Positions 1-12,727 of a DNA stretch of 64,000 bases are shown one piece after another. Below the pieces are notes generated by a model. That model was not told the DNA's origin, did not search any database, and worked only from the letters and a program-made list of their open reading frames with translations. The DNA is from Neoechinorhynchus agilis (taxonomy: Eukaryota; Animalia; Acanthocephala). Position 1 is the stretch's first letter; every line of letters starts with the position of its first letter. Location: positions 9,712,784 to 9,776,783 of the forward strand of contig CM121341.1 of NCBI GenBank assembly GCA_051530055.1. Direction: 5' to 3'. The translations under genes were made by a program, and so were the position numbers.

Positions 1-2875
1 ACTAGGATTTCGGTCGAAGAAACACGAAATTGCAAATGCGCGTCGTCGGGCATTTAATGAGATACAAAGGCGATTAAGAAATCTAGCCGCATTTTTTAAA
101 CAATCGCGTTATTTTCTTGCCACTGTCTAAAGGAGGACTAGGATTTCGGTCGAAGAAACACGAAATTGCAAATGCGTCGTCGGCTTTAATGAGATACAAA
201 GCGATAGAAATCAGCCGCATTTTTTAAACAATCGCGTTTTTTCTTGCACGTAAAGGACTAGGATTTCGGTCGAAGAAACACGAAATTGTAATGGTCGTCG
301 GGCATTTAATGAGATACAAAGGCGATCAAGAAATCTAGCCGCATTTTTTAAAAAATCGCGTTGTTTTCTTGCCACTGTCTAAAGGAGGACTAGGATTTCG
401 GTCGAAGAAACACGAAATTGTGAATGCGCGTCGTCGGGCATTTAATGAGATACAAAGGCGATTAAGAAATTTAGCTGCATTTTTTTAAAAATCGCGTTAT
501 TTTCTTGCCACTGTCTAAAGGAGGACTAGGATTTCGGTCGAAGAAACACGAAATTGTAAATGCGTTCGTCGGGCATTTAATGAGATACAAAGGCGATCAA
601 GAAATCAAGCCGCATTTTTTAAACAATCGCGTTGTTTTCTTGCCACTGTCTAAAGGAGGACTAGGATTTCGGTCGAAGAAACACGAAATTGCAAATGTGC
701 GTCGTCGGGCATTTAATGAGATACAAAGGCGATCAAGAAATCTAGCCGCATTTTTTAAAAAATCGCGTTGTTTTCTTGCCACTGTCTAAAGGAGGACTAG
801 GATTTCGGTCGAAGAAACACGAAATTGTAAATGTGTGTCGTCGGGCATTTAATGAGATACAAACGATAAGAAATTAGCCGCATTTTTTAAACAATCGCGT
901 TTTTTCTTGCCACTGTAAGGAGGACGGATTTCGGTCGGAAACACGAAATTGTATGTGCGTCGTCGGGCATTTAATGAGATACAAAGGCGATCAAGAAATC
1001 TAGCCGCATTTTTTAAAAAATCGCGTTGTTTTCTTGCCACTGTCTAAAGGAGGACTAGGATTTCGGTCGAAGAAACACGAAATTGTAAATGCGTGTCGTC
1101 GGGCATTTAATGAGATACAAAGGCGATCAAGAAATCAAGCCGCATTTTTTAAACAATCGCGTTGTTTTCTTGCCACTGTCTAAAGGAGGACTAGGATTTC
1201 GGTCGAAGAAACACGAAATTGTAAATGCGCGTCGTCGGGCATTTAATGAGATACAAAGGCGATCAAGAAATTTAGCTGCATTTTTTTAAAAATCGCGTTA
1301 TTTTCTTGCCACTGTCTAAAGGAGGACTAGGATTTCGGTCGAAGAAACACGAAATTGCAAATGTGTGTCGTCGGGCATTTAATGAGATACAAAGGCGATC
1401 AAGAAATCTAGCCGCATTTTTTAAAAAATCGCGTTGTTTTCTTGCCACTGTCTAAAGGAGGACTAGGATTTCGGTCGAAGAAACACGAAATTGTGAATGT
1501 GTGTCGTCGGGCATTTAATGAGATACAAAGGCGATCAAGAAATCTAGCCGCATTTTTTAAACAATCGCGTTGTTTTCTTGCCACTGTCTAAAGGACTAGG
1601 ATTTCGGTCGAAGAAACACGAAATTGTAAATGTGTGTCGTCGGGCATTTAATGAGATACAAAGCCGATCAAGAAATCTAGCCGCATTTTTTAAACAATCG
1701 CGTTGTTTTCTTGCCACTGTCTAAAGGAGGACTAGGATTTCGGTCGAAGAAACACGAAATTGTAAATGCGTGTCGTCGGGCATTTAATGAGATACAAAGG
1801 CGATCAAGAAATCAAGCCGCATTTTTTAAACAATCGCGTTGTTTTCTTGCCACTGTCTAAAGGAGGACTAGGATTTCGGTCGAAGAAACACGAAATTGTA
1901 AATGCGTTCGTCGGGCATTTAATGAGATACAAAGCCGATCAAGAAATCTAGCCGCATTTTTTAAACAATCGCGTTGTTTTCTTGCCACTGTCTAAAGGAG
2001 GACTAGGATTTCGGTCGAAGAAACACGAAATTGTAATGCGTTCGTCGGGCATTTAATGAGATACAAAGGCGATTAAGAAATTTAGCTGCATTTTTTAAAA
2101 AATCGCGTTATTTTCTTGCCACTGTCTAAAGGAGGACTAGGATTTCGGTCGAAGAAACACGAAATTGTAAATGCGTGTCGTCGGGCATTTAATGAGATAC
2201 AAAGGCGATTAAGAATTAGCCGCATTTTTTTAAAAATCGCGTTATTTTCTTGCCACTGTCTAAAGGAGGACTAGGATTTCGGTCGAAGAAACACGAAATT
2301 GCAAATGCGCGTCGTCGGGCATTTAATGAGATACAAAGGCGATCAAGAAATCAAGCCGCATTTTTTAAAAAATCGCGTTGTTTTCTTGCCACTGTCTAAA
2401 GGAGGACTAGGATTTCGGTCGAAGAAACACGAAATTGCAAATGCGCGTCGTCGGGCATTTAATGAGATACAAAGGCGATTAAGAAATCTAGCCGCATTTT
2501 TTAAAAAATCGCGTTATTTTCTTGCCACTGTCTAAAGGAGGACTAGGATTTCGGTCGAAGAAACACGAAATTGTAAATGCGTGTCGTCGGGCATTTAATG
2601 AGATACAAAGGCGATCAAGAAATCAAGCCGCATTTTTTAAACAATCGCGTTGTTTTCTTGCCACTGTCTAAAGGAGGACTAGGATTTCGGTCGAAGAAAC
2701 ACGAAATTGCAAATGCGCGTCGTCGGGCATTTAATGAGATACAAAGGCGATGAAGAAATCTAGCCGCATTTTTTAAAAAATCGCGTTATTTTCTTGCCAC
2801 TGTCTAAAGGAGGACTAGGATTTCGGTCGAAGAAACACGAAATTGCTAATGCGATCGTCGGGCATTTAATGAGAT
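1..2875. repeat. 136-bp tandem satellite, ~21 copies, runs off window start
   Basis: Unit ACTAGGATTTCGGTCGAAGAAACACG...CTAAAGGAGG recurs at 1, 137, 660, 796 (136-bp spacing); array ends mid-unit at ~2875. Confidence 0.97.
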
Positions 2876-3545
2876 GCGTGGTTGGAGGCTGTTCCTCTGG
2901 CATCAGTGGGAACTCTTCTTACTGATGAGGTAACGAGGATCTCAGTATCCTTAAGACTTGGTCTCCCGATATGCACGCCCCATCGCTGTCGATGTGGGTC
3001 TTTGGTTATGCTTTCGGGCGACACGGTCTCGTCTGCAGAAGGTCAGGAGGAAGGTTCTCACGCCATTCTGAAATCAATAACGCAATTTCTCGGGCGTTGA
3101 GAACGACGAACTTCCCGGACATCCTGGAACCCGCCCACCTTTGTCGACTAGACGTCCGTAGGCCCGATGGAATTTCGGTCTTCCCGTGGCGGGAGGGCAA
3201 ATGCCTTCTCTGGGACGCCGCGTGTGTGGATACCCTTGCAGCCAGCAACATCCGCTACTCCCTCGAAATCGCCGGTGGTGCCGCCAGTGCAGCGGAAGGG
3301 AGGAAAATACGGAAATATATTCAGTTATCGAGGGCTCACTATTTTGTCCCCTTTGAGGTAGAGACGTATGGAGCGCTCGGCAGCTCGGCACTCTCTCTGC
3401 TCCAGGATGTCTCGAAGAAATTGATGGAAGCAACCGGAGACTCAAGAGCAGGTGTATTCCTTCGACAAAATATCTCGCTGGCAGTACAACGAGGCAATCT
3501 GACAGCGTGATGGCGACGGTCGAGGAAGGACAAAAGCTGAAATTC
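2876..3545 (+). mobile_element. 5'-truncated CRE-like non-LTR retrotransposon (CCHC knuckle + restriction-like endonuclease), frameshifted
   Basis: AWLEAVP..RISVSLRLGLPICTPHRCRCG, then RHSEIN..RRPDG..WDAACVDT..FVPFEVETYG..QRGN across ORFs 2882-3100 and 2971-3510. Confidence 0.85.
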
Positions 3546-3886
3546 GGCGGGAGGTGGTGAGTGTGTTAATTGTCGAGAAATGAAGATTGATTGAATTTCA
3601 AAAATCTTCAAACGAAAAAAAAATCTGAAAAAAATCTTTTATCGCAATGGTGTTCGGTCCCAATTCACTCGGATGAACGACGTTCTACTGTATTTATAAA
3701 CAATGGGTGTCAAGCTCGTGATTCATAAAGATTGCACTCTCACAGGAAACTGTTCATGGGTATATTTTGTTTGGTGATTGAGAAAATACTGATTAATTTT
3801 ATTAATTCAATACTTCGTCCGTCTCTTCGGACTTATAGCCACTGTAACCTACCTTTTAGAAGTGAAGAAGTCGGACGATACGGACG

Positions 3887-4167
3887 AAATATTGAATTAA
3901 TAAAATTAATCTTTTTAGAAATACGTTCATCTGGACCATTGGTACTGTTGAAAATCCGCTGAAGCAAACACATTCCAAATAAAAGAACTTTCAATTCCAA
4001 AGGTCAGAGTGGGAAACGAAAATCCTTATTTTGTCTTATCTCCGCCTCGAGACGAACAAAATATTGAATTAATGAAATTAATCCTTTCAGAAATATGTTC
4101 ATCTGGACCGTTGGTATTGTTGAAAACCCGTTGAAGGAAACGCATTGCAAATAAAAGAACTTTCAAT
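3887..4167. repeat. Pair of ~108-bp diverged direct repeats (3887-3994, 4058-4167)
   Basis: AAATATTGAATTAAT..GTTCATCTGGACC..AAATAAAAGAACTTTCAAT present twice, ~171 bp apart. Confidence 0.8.
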
Positions 4168-4716
4168 GTTTTGTACATTCCGTAAGATTAAATGGCTTTA
4201 CAATCCACAATCGCCGATGATGCATAATCAAAAGAAACTCACTGATGAGTCCCGTTTCCTCGGGATTTACCGAATGGCTCAGGACATACCGAAATCGATT
4301 GGCCGAGTGCCAAAGAAATCAGCAGTGTAATAATTACTTCAACGATTTAAATTTAACCGGCAAGTTACACACAAACGATAAAATTAACGGTCTTGAGTTT
4401 TTTGAAGTGGTTATTACACGGCTGATTTCTTGGGCACACAGCCAATTGATTTTGGTATGCCCTGAGCCATTCGGTCCCTCCCCTCTCCTTAACGGTCGCC
4501 GATGACTCATAACAAAAATTGATTAAATATCGCTAAGGAGTGAAGGGAACTCACTGATGAGCTCTGCTTCCTTGGGTTGTATTTAAGGACCTGTGGGAAT
4601 AAATTGCCTGACCAATGAATCGGTGGGCTGTGAGTCGAATTAAAATAATAAGCCGTGTAAGGGATATTCACTTGAATACTCAAAAAAGCAAATCCTTATA
4701 TTCATACATATTTCTT

Positions 4717-4920
4717 TATTCTCAACGGCCAATTGTAACACACTCAAGTTTTATTGAAGTCAACCTTGCGAATTTTCAAGGCCTCAGCCTCCTTCTCAAG
4801 CATCTAAAAATGGATTGGTAGCCTCCATTTCTAGACGCTTGGGAAGGAGGCTGAGGCCTTGAAAATTCACAATGAAGAGTTCAATAAAACTCGAGTGTGT
4901 TACAATTCGCAATTGAGAAT
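4717..4920. repeat. Long inverted repeat (~95-bp arms, 9-nt loop)
   Basis: 4717-4814 is the near reverse complement of 4824-4920; loop TTGGTAGCC at 4815-4823. Confidence 0.9.
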
Positions 4921-7900
4921 ACACATCCACTCGAAGGGCTGAGGCCTTGAAAATTCGCAATGAAGAGTTCAATAAAACTCGAGTGTGTTACAATTCCCCA
5001 TTGATAATACACATCCACTCGAAGGGCTGATGCCTTGAAAATTCGCAATGAAGAGTTCAGTAAAACTCGAGTGTGTTACAATTCGCTATTGAGAATACAA
5101 GTCCACTCGGAGGGCTGAGGCTTGAAAATTCGCAATGAAGAGTTCAATAAAACTCGAGGGTGTTACAATTCGCTATTGAGAATACACATCCACTCGAAGG
5201 GCTGAGGCCTACAAAATTCGCAATGAAGAGTTCAATAAAACTCGAGTGTGTTACAATTCGCCATTGAGAATACACATCCACTCGAAGGGCTGAGGCTTGA
5301 AAATTCGCAATGAAGAGTTCAGTAAAACTCGAGTGTGTTACAATTCGCCATTGAGAATACACATCCACTCGAAGGGCTGAGGCCTTGAAAATTCGCAATG
5401 AAGAGTTCAATAAAACTCGAGTGTGTTACAATTCGCTATTGAGAATACACATCAACTCGAAGGGCTGAGGTATTGAAAATTCGCAATGAACAGTTCAATA
5501 AAATTCGAATGTGTTACAATTCGCCATTGAGAATACACATCCACTCGAAGGGCTGAGGCTTGAAAATTCGCAATGAAAAGTTCAATAAAATTCGAATGTG
5601 TAACAATTCGCCATTGAGAATAGACATCCACTCGATGGGCTGTGGCCTTGAAAATTCCCAATGAAGAGTTCAGTAAAACTCGAGTGTGTTACAATTCGCT
5701 ATTGAGAATACACATCCACTCGAAGGGCTGAGGTATTGAAAATTCGCAATGAACAGTTCAATAAAATTCGAATGTGTTACAATTCGCCATTGAGAATAGA
5801 CATCCACTCGATGGGCTGTGGCCTTGAAAATTCGCAATGAAGAGTTCAATAAAATTCGAATGTGTTACAATTCGCCATTGAGAATACACATCCACTCGAA
5901 GGGCTGAGGCTTGAAAATTCGCAATGAAAAGTTCAATAAAATTCGAATGTGTTACAATTCGCCATTGAGAATAGACATCCACTCGAAGGGCTGAGGCCTT
6001 GAAAATTAACAATGAAGAGTTCAATAAAACTCGAGTGTGTTACAATTCGCTATTGAGAATACACATCCACTCGAAGGGCTGAGGTATTGAAAATTCGCAA
6101 TGAACAGTTCAATAAAATTCGAATGTGTTACAATTCGCCATTGAGAATAGACATCCACTCGATGGGCTGTGGCCTTGAAAATTCGCAATGAAGAGTTCAA
6201 TAAAATTCGAGTGTGTTACAATTCGCTATTGAGAATACACATCCACTCGAAGGGCTGAGGCTTGAAAATTCGCAATGAAAAGTTCAATAAAATTCGAATG
6301 TGTAACAATTCGCCATTGAGAATAGACATCCACTCGATGGGCTGTGGCCTTGAAAATTCGCAATGAAGAGTTCAATAAAACTCGAGTGTGTTACAATTCG
6401 CCATTGAGAATAGACATCCACTCGATGGGCTGTGGCCTTGAAAATTCGCAATGAAGAGTTCAGTAAAACTCGAGTGTGTTACAATTCGCCATTGAGAATA
6501 CACATCCACTCGAAGGGCTGAGGTATTGAAAATTCGCAATGAACAGTTCAATAAAATTCGAATGTGTTACAATTCGCCATTGAGAATAGACATCCACTCG
6601 ATGGGCTGTGGCCTTGAAAATTCGCAATGAAGAGTTCAGTAAAACTCGAGTGTGTTACAATTCGCTATTGAGAATACACATCCACTCGAAGGGCTGAGGT
6701 ATTGAAAATTCGCAATGAACAGTTCAATAAAATTCGAATGTGTTACAATTCGCCATTGAGAATAGACATCCACTCGATGGGCTGTGGCCTTGAAAATTCG
6801 CAATGAAGAGTTCAGTAAAACTCGAGTGTGTTACAATTCGCTATTGAGAATACACATCCACTCGAAGGGCTGAGGCTTGAAAATTCGCAATGAAGAGTTC
6901 AATAAAACTCGAGTGTGTTACAATTCGCCATTGAGAATACACATCCACTCGATGGGCTGTGGCCTTGAAAATTCGCAACGAAGAGTTCAGTAAAACTCGA
7001 ATGTGTTACAATTCGCTATTGAGAATACACATCCACTCGATGGGCTGTGGCCTTGAAAATTCGCAATGAAGAGTTCAGTAAAACTCGAATGTGTTACAAT
7101 TCGCTATTGAGAATACACATCCACTCGATGGGCTGTGGCCTTGAAAATTCGCAATGAAGAGTTCAGTAAAACTCGAGTGTGTTACAATTCGCCATTGAGA
7201 ATACACATCCACTCGAAGGGCTGAGGCCTTGAAAATTCGCAATGAAGAGTTCAGTAAAACTCGAATGTGTTACAATTCGCCATTGAGAATAGACATCCAC
7301 TCGATGGGCTGTGGCCTTGAAAATTCGCAATGAAGAGTTCAGTAAAACTCGAGTGTGTTACAATTCGCTATTGAGAATACACATCCACTCGAAGGGCTGA
7401 GGCTTGAAAATTCGCAATGAAGAGTTCAATAAAACTCGAGTGTGTTACAATTCGCCATTGAGAATACACATCCACTCGAAGGGCTGTGGCCTTGAAAATT
7501 CGCAATGAAGAGTTCAGTAAAACTCGAGTGTGTTACAATTCGCTATTGAGAATACACATCCACTCGAAGGGCTGTGGCCTTGAAAATTCGCAATGAAGAG
7601 TTCAGTAAAACTCGAGTGTGTTACAATTCGCCATTGAGAATACACATCCACTCGAAGGGCTGAGGCCTTGAAAATTCGCAATGAAGAGTTCAATAAAACT
7701 CGAGTGTGTTACAATTCGCTATTGAGAATACACATCCACTCGAAGGGCTGTGGCCTTGAAAATTCGCAATGAAGAGTTCAGTAAAACTCGAGTGTGTTAC
7801 AATTCGCCATTGAGAATACACATCCACTCGAAGGGCTGAGGCCTTGAAAATTCGCAATGAACAGTTCAATAAAACTCAGATATTACAATTCGCCATTGAG

Positions 7901-8797
7901 AATACACATCCACTCGATGGGCTGTGGCCTTGAAAATTCGCAATGAAGAGTTCAGTAAAACTCGAGTGTGTTACAATTCGCCATTGAGAATACACATCCA
8001 CTCGGAGGGCTGAGGCCTTGAAAATTCGCAATGAAGAGTTCAATAAAACTCGAGTGTGTTACAATTCGCTATTGAGAATACACATCCACTCGAAGGGCTG
8101 TGGCCTTGAAAATTCGCAATGAAGAGTTCAGTAAAACTCGAGTGTGTTACAATTCGCCATTGAGAATACACATCCACTCGAAGGGCTGAGGCTTGAAAAT
8201 TCGCAATGAAGAGTTCAGCAAAACTCGAGTGTGTTACAATTCGCTATTGAGAATACACATCAACTCGAAGGCTGAGGCCTTGAAAATTCGCAATGAAGAG
8301 TTCAGTAAAACTCGAGTGTGTTACAATTCGCCATTGAGAATACACATCCACTCGAAGGGCTGAGGCCTTGAAAATTCGCAATGAAGAGTTCAGTAAAACT
8401 CGAATGTGTTACAATTCGCCATTGAGAATAGACATCCACTCGATGGGCTGTGGCCTTGAAAATTCGCAATGAAGAGTTCAGTAAAACTCGAGTGTGTTAC
8501 AATTCGCCATTGAGAATACACATCCACTCGAAGGGCTGAGGTATTGAAAATTCGCAATGAACAGTTCAATAAAATTCGAATGTGTTACAATTCGCCATTG
8601 AGAATAGACATCCACTCGATGGGCTGTGGCCTTGAAAATTCGCAACGAAGAGTTCAGTAAAACTCGAATGTGTTACAATTCGCTATTGAGAATACACATC
8701 CACTCGAAGGGCTGAGGCTTGAAAATTCGCAATGAACAGTTCAATAAAATTCGAATGTGTTACAATTCGCCATTGAGAATAGACATCAACTCGAAGG
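4845..8797. repeat. 88-bp tandem satellite, ~45 copies
   Basis: Unit GAAGGGCTGAGGCCTTGAAAATTCGCAATGAAGAGTTC..ACATCCACTC; GAGTGTG at 4981 and 5069 gives 88-bp period. Confidence 0.97.
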
Positions 8798-9128
8798 AAC
8801 AATAGGATAGAATATTTCTTTATGAAAAATCTGGTTTATTGCAGATATGACTAGAAATTATCCACGTAGTTGGCATATTGCAAACCAGGGCAATCCACTA
8901 ATTGAACCTCATTGCTTCAATGTTTTTAATTTAAATCAGAAATATACTGTTGAATATCCTAACAAAACAATTATATTGAGGAATACAAAAAAAAGGCGTT
9001 CGAACTTTTAGGTAAAAATCAATTTTACCATCGTTTACCGTTACGCACTTTTCCCCAAAAATAAAAGCTGTCAACGAATGTGAGTTTTACTGTATCCTGA
9101 GGAGCAAAAATCGAGATTTAAAGTCCTT

Positions 9129-9617
9129 TTAAGTTTTTTTACGAATTTTTCCTTTTTGCGGACTATCAGAGGTATCCACTAATTGATTAGCACTTTTCCA
9201 AGGAACGACAAGAGCGTTGTAGGCAACAAATAAGAAGCGAGCTGGAACGAATATCCACAATATCCATGCGTATATGGTTACCATTGTCAATGAATGAACA
9301 GCCAGATTCCATATAATCACGTCCTTGAAGAAATCGCCAATAAAAGAATCCGACAGATCAACGTTATGACTTGATGCCGGATTTCCTAGCCATCTTAGGA
9401 ATAAAAACGATAACCAACAAGTTATCGCGGTTGAACCATAGAGACCTTTTTCAAATGGTGTTACTCCAGCCTTGAAGTAGGTGGCCCATCCAATTTGAAG
9501 CACCAACAGTAAACTGTCAATGCATGAGAGAATGAGGTAAAACTTACAAAACTCCAAGTTTATCTTAGCGATTTGACGATCACTTCGTCTCGGTTGTTTT
9601 TTACGAGCAGTCGCCAT
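9129..9617 (-). CDS. TMEM208: Transmembrane protein 208 (SND2) homolog, intronless
   Basis: Basic N-terminus, KQIAKIN..KFYL-like segment, DL..KDVI..AV..L..YAWILW..PAR pattern and basic C-terminus match the TMEM208 layout. Confidence 0.85.
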   Translation of the reverse strand: MATARKKQPRRSDRQIAKINLEFCKFYLILSCIDSLLLVLQIGWATYFKAGVTPFEKGLYGSTAITCWLSFLFLRWLGNPASSHNVDLSDSFIGDFFKDVIIWNLAVHSLTMVTIYAWILWIFVPARFLFVAYNALVVPWKSANQLVDTSDSPQKGKIRKKT

Positions 9618-10006
9618 CTAAATCAACAAAATCGGGGTATGTTTATCAGATTTAAAGCGAGGTGAATATTAGAAGGTTTTTTAGATGCAGATCAAATTGA
9701 CAATATTCGGAAAAACGTGTTAAAAAACTTGCATAAGGAAAAACCTCCGGATCAATTTTGACGACTCCTTTAGCTGTTACACGATTTAAATGCAAATACT
9801 TAATATCCCTTTGAATGTCGGAATTAGCGACAATCAAGATAACAATGAGAAATAGTAATTGCGCTTCTGATCATAAATCCCGCAATACGAAAACGAAAAA
9901 AATGGAGCGAAATACTCATTTGTAAATGCAAACAAGAGTAGGTGTGCTCATAACCGATGTTTATCTCATAATATGAGATTCCTCAGTTTTCGAAATACTG
10001 CGTGGA

Positions 10007-10620
10007 ATGAAATCAAGGATCGCAGTGTCCTTACGACTAGGTCTCCCGATTTGTGTCCCACACTACTGTCGTTGTGGGGCCCTTGTGGATTCTTTGGGTA
10101 GACACGGTCTCGTCTGTCGCCAGTCCGGTGGCAGGTATGCTCGCCACGCTGAGATTAACTCGGTTATTAGTCAGGCCTTAAACACGATACACGCACCGAA
10201 TCTGCTCGAACCGAGTCACCTCTGCAGACTCGACGGTCGGAGACCGGACGAGATAACTGTGTTCCCGTGGCCAGAAGGGAAATCCCTTCTCTGGGGTGGA
10301 CACCCTTTCCCTGTCCCCTCAAGGCGCGAAGGAGGTGCTGCAATTGCCGCAGAGGAACGCAAGCGCGGGAAGTACGCGGAGCTCTTGAGGGCACATCACT
10401 TCGTCCCTTTCGGCGTTGAGACGCTCGGTGCCTTCGGTGCTGAGGCCAAGAACTTTACGGCGGATCTTTCAAGGAAGATGAGGATCGCAACCGGAGACCC
10501 AAGAGCAGGAACGTCCTTCCTGCAAAACATAGGTCTCGCGATCCAGCGCGGCAACGCTGCAAGTGTCCTTGCGGCGGTTCCGGGTGGTGAAGAGATGGAT
10601 CTGGGAAGTTTGTGTAATAG
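10007..10620 (+). mobile_element. 5'-truncated CRE-like RLE retrotransposon fragment
   Basis: RIAVSLRLGLPICVPHYCRCG..RHAEIN..RRPDE..FVPFGVETLG..IQRGNAASV; small internal deletion at the WDATC motif. Confidence 0.88.
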
Positions 10621-11144
10621 AACAAAGAGGAACTACACAGGTGGATTTTAAAACTTCATATCGATAATCAAAGTTATTGGTCTAAAAATTGAAAGACGAA
10701 TAACTTAAGAATCATAATTGAAGGTATTTAAAAATTGCACGCCAAAATATCCAACAATGCCCATTGTATTGTCTTTCTAAGGTTTTGGTCCTTGCGACTG
10801 ACCAAACGAGAAGACGAAATTTGATTTTTTATGCAAGTGAAATATCGTTGGTTCACCGATATTTTATACAGCTTTCTAAACTTAGAGTTAAAACTGTTTA
10901 GCTCGGACGACGAGTCGAAATTTTTGCAATACTTCAAGCGTAAATAATACCTTCATTGATTTAGACTAGAAAGATTCCAGAGTGAAACGCTGAATTATTG
11001 TTTAATCGACCTTCAAAAAATAAGTCCACTTTAAAGCTCCACGGTCAACTGGCGACAAACATCCTTCACATAATTTTCCGACTCGCCTATATGATTTTTT
11101 ATTGAGGATTACATTCGAGTGGTGGTTAGAGATATTGTTGTTTT

Positions 11145-11283
11145 GGTCGCTTGTCGATAACCGGGAGAGATCATTAGAGACGAATATTTTTCGAGGTCGA
11201 AACAATTGAATTGATAATCATTGATTCAATCAGTCGAAATATATTCGTCTCTTATGATCTCTATCGGGTGTCCACAACTGACC
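11145..11283. repeat. ~135-bp foldback (palindromic) element, copy 1
   Basis: GAGAGATCATTAGAGACGAATAT pairs with ATATTCGTCTCTTATGATCTCT; homologous to 23886-24015. Confidence 0.8.
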
Positions 11284-12187
11284 TACCGATTTATTTTCGA
11301 GTCGCCTTGTGGATCAGTACACCGAATATGAACGCCAAATACCGAATTCTATATTAGAATATTCGTGTTTAACTGGTTTACGGATCCGTCCCCATCCAAT
11401 GCATCTATATTTTTCTTATTATTCAAATTGACCATACCAAATCTTTTGAATGTGATCTACTTTCTAAAAACAATTCTAACCTAGACTCTTCTTAATTTTA
11501 GTGATTGAAACGTAAATTAAAGAAACAATCGGGAAAGTATGTTTACTTTAAGTATAGAGACTAAGATGCACCATTGTAAATTCAAATAAAAGACGACATA
11601 AACTATAGATAGGAAAACTCTGCACAACAATCCTCAATCCAATCTTCTGGACCTTATAATCCGAATTCCAAAATACGGGATGATGGCTCATTGAGTGTAA
11701 TAAATTCCCAGCATGACTTCGATGATCGCTCTGGCATGTAAGGCTATTTTTATCGCATTATCAATCGATGAGGAGCACCTTAAATTTCGCCTTTGAAATC
11801 TCAAGAACTTGTGACAATGGAACTCTACGAGGAACATGCGACTGAGCATCGTATGGCACTTCGTGTATTATCAATCGGCAGCAATAACACCGGACATAAA
11901 CAATGAGTTCTAAATTGTCTTCGTTTCTTCAATACATCACCTCTAGTACGGAATACGTACGGTGACAAAACCTAGTGTAATATTGGGGATGAAAACACCG
12001 AGATATTGACAAATTTGTGGTTTGAATGGTAAATAGTTTATCCATAAACTGTTTGCCAAATCTCCTGAAAACATAAGTCAAAACGACCTAAGATGAGTGT
12101 GTTGTTATCCCCTCTCAATTCACAAACGGTTCAAATCTTCTTTTATCTCTTTAAAACCATTGAAAGCTCCAAATTCTTGAAAACAAT

Positions 12188-12727
12188 ATGCCGAGACATA
12201 ATGCGTGGGGAGATATAAGCATTTCCGAAATAGCCAGGTTGGCGATCAGCAACGCTCCTAATCGCACACTGCCACTACAAAAGATTTACGATTATTTTAA
12301 ACAGAATTATCCCTATTTTGCCGCAATAACTGACGAGAAGGAAGTAAAAAGTTGGCAAAACTCAGTTCGCCATACATTATCTGTGAGCAATAAGTTTATA
12401 CGGGTAAGAGTATCTCACGGTCCTAGAGGAATGCACTGGGCTGTCAATGGATGCTATCAGGATGGTCGTCTAAGGAACAGGGACGAATTTCAAGCTCAAA
12501 ATCTTACCTACGATGGTGCCGTACCATATGCTGTTGCGGCTGGTGGAAATGGAGCCGCTGTTATGGCACCGTATGCTCAAGGAAATTTCTACAACCCGAA
12601 TGTGCAAGGGCATTTCCAACAAAATTTGGGTCCGATAACCAATGCAAATGCCTTCCAAAACCAAAATTTCCAACAATTGGCCCAGTATGGAAAAAATAAA
12701 CATATCTATAAAAAGACTACCAGCTGA
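12188..12727 (+). CDS. Divergent FoxO-like forkhead transcription factor
   Basis: RHNAWGDIS..AISNAP..L.LQKIYDY...PYF..WQNSVRHTLS..KFIRV..HWAVN; NAWG is the FoxO-class signature; N/Q/A-rich C-terminus. Confidence 0.8.
   Translation: MPRHNAWGDISISEIARLAISNAPNRTLPLQKIYDYFKQNYPYFAAITDEKEVKSWQNSVRHTLSVSNKFIRVRVSHGPRGMHWAVNGCYQDGRLRNRDEFQAQNLTYDGAVPYAVAAGGNGAAVMAPYAQGNFYNPNVQGHFQQNLGPITNANAFQNQNFQQLAQYGKNKHIYKKTTS

Noticed and set aside
505-2535. ORFs within the 136-bp satellite
   Set aside because: Periodic translations of tandem units; no coding signal.
3006-3611. Antisense ORFs over CRE, LINE, RTE and forkhead sequences (also near 10167, 12470, 15860, 40553, 55289 etc.)
   Set aside because: Shadow ORFs of real coding frames on the opposite strand.
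4196-4640. Duplicated AACTCACTGATGAG motif resembling a hammerhead core
   Set aside because: CTGATGA is present (4242, 4555), but GAAA is not positioned directly after a helix II and helix I does not close.
5144-6024. ORFs within the 88-bp satellite
   Set aside because: Repeat-derived frames only.
1-8797. CRISPR-like interpretation of the arrays
   Set aside because: No unique spacers, whole units repeat, eukaryotic context, no cas genes.
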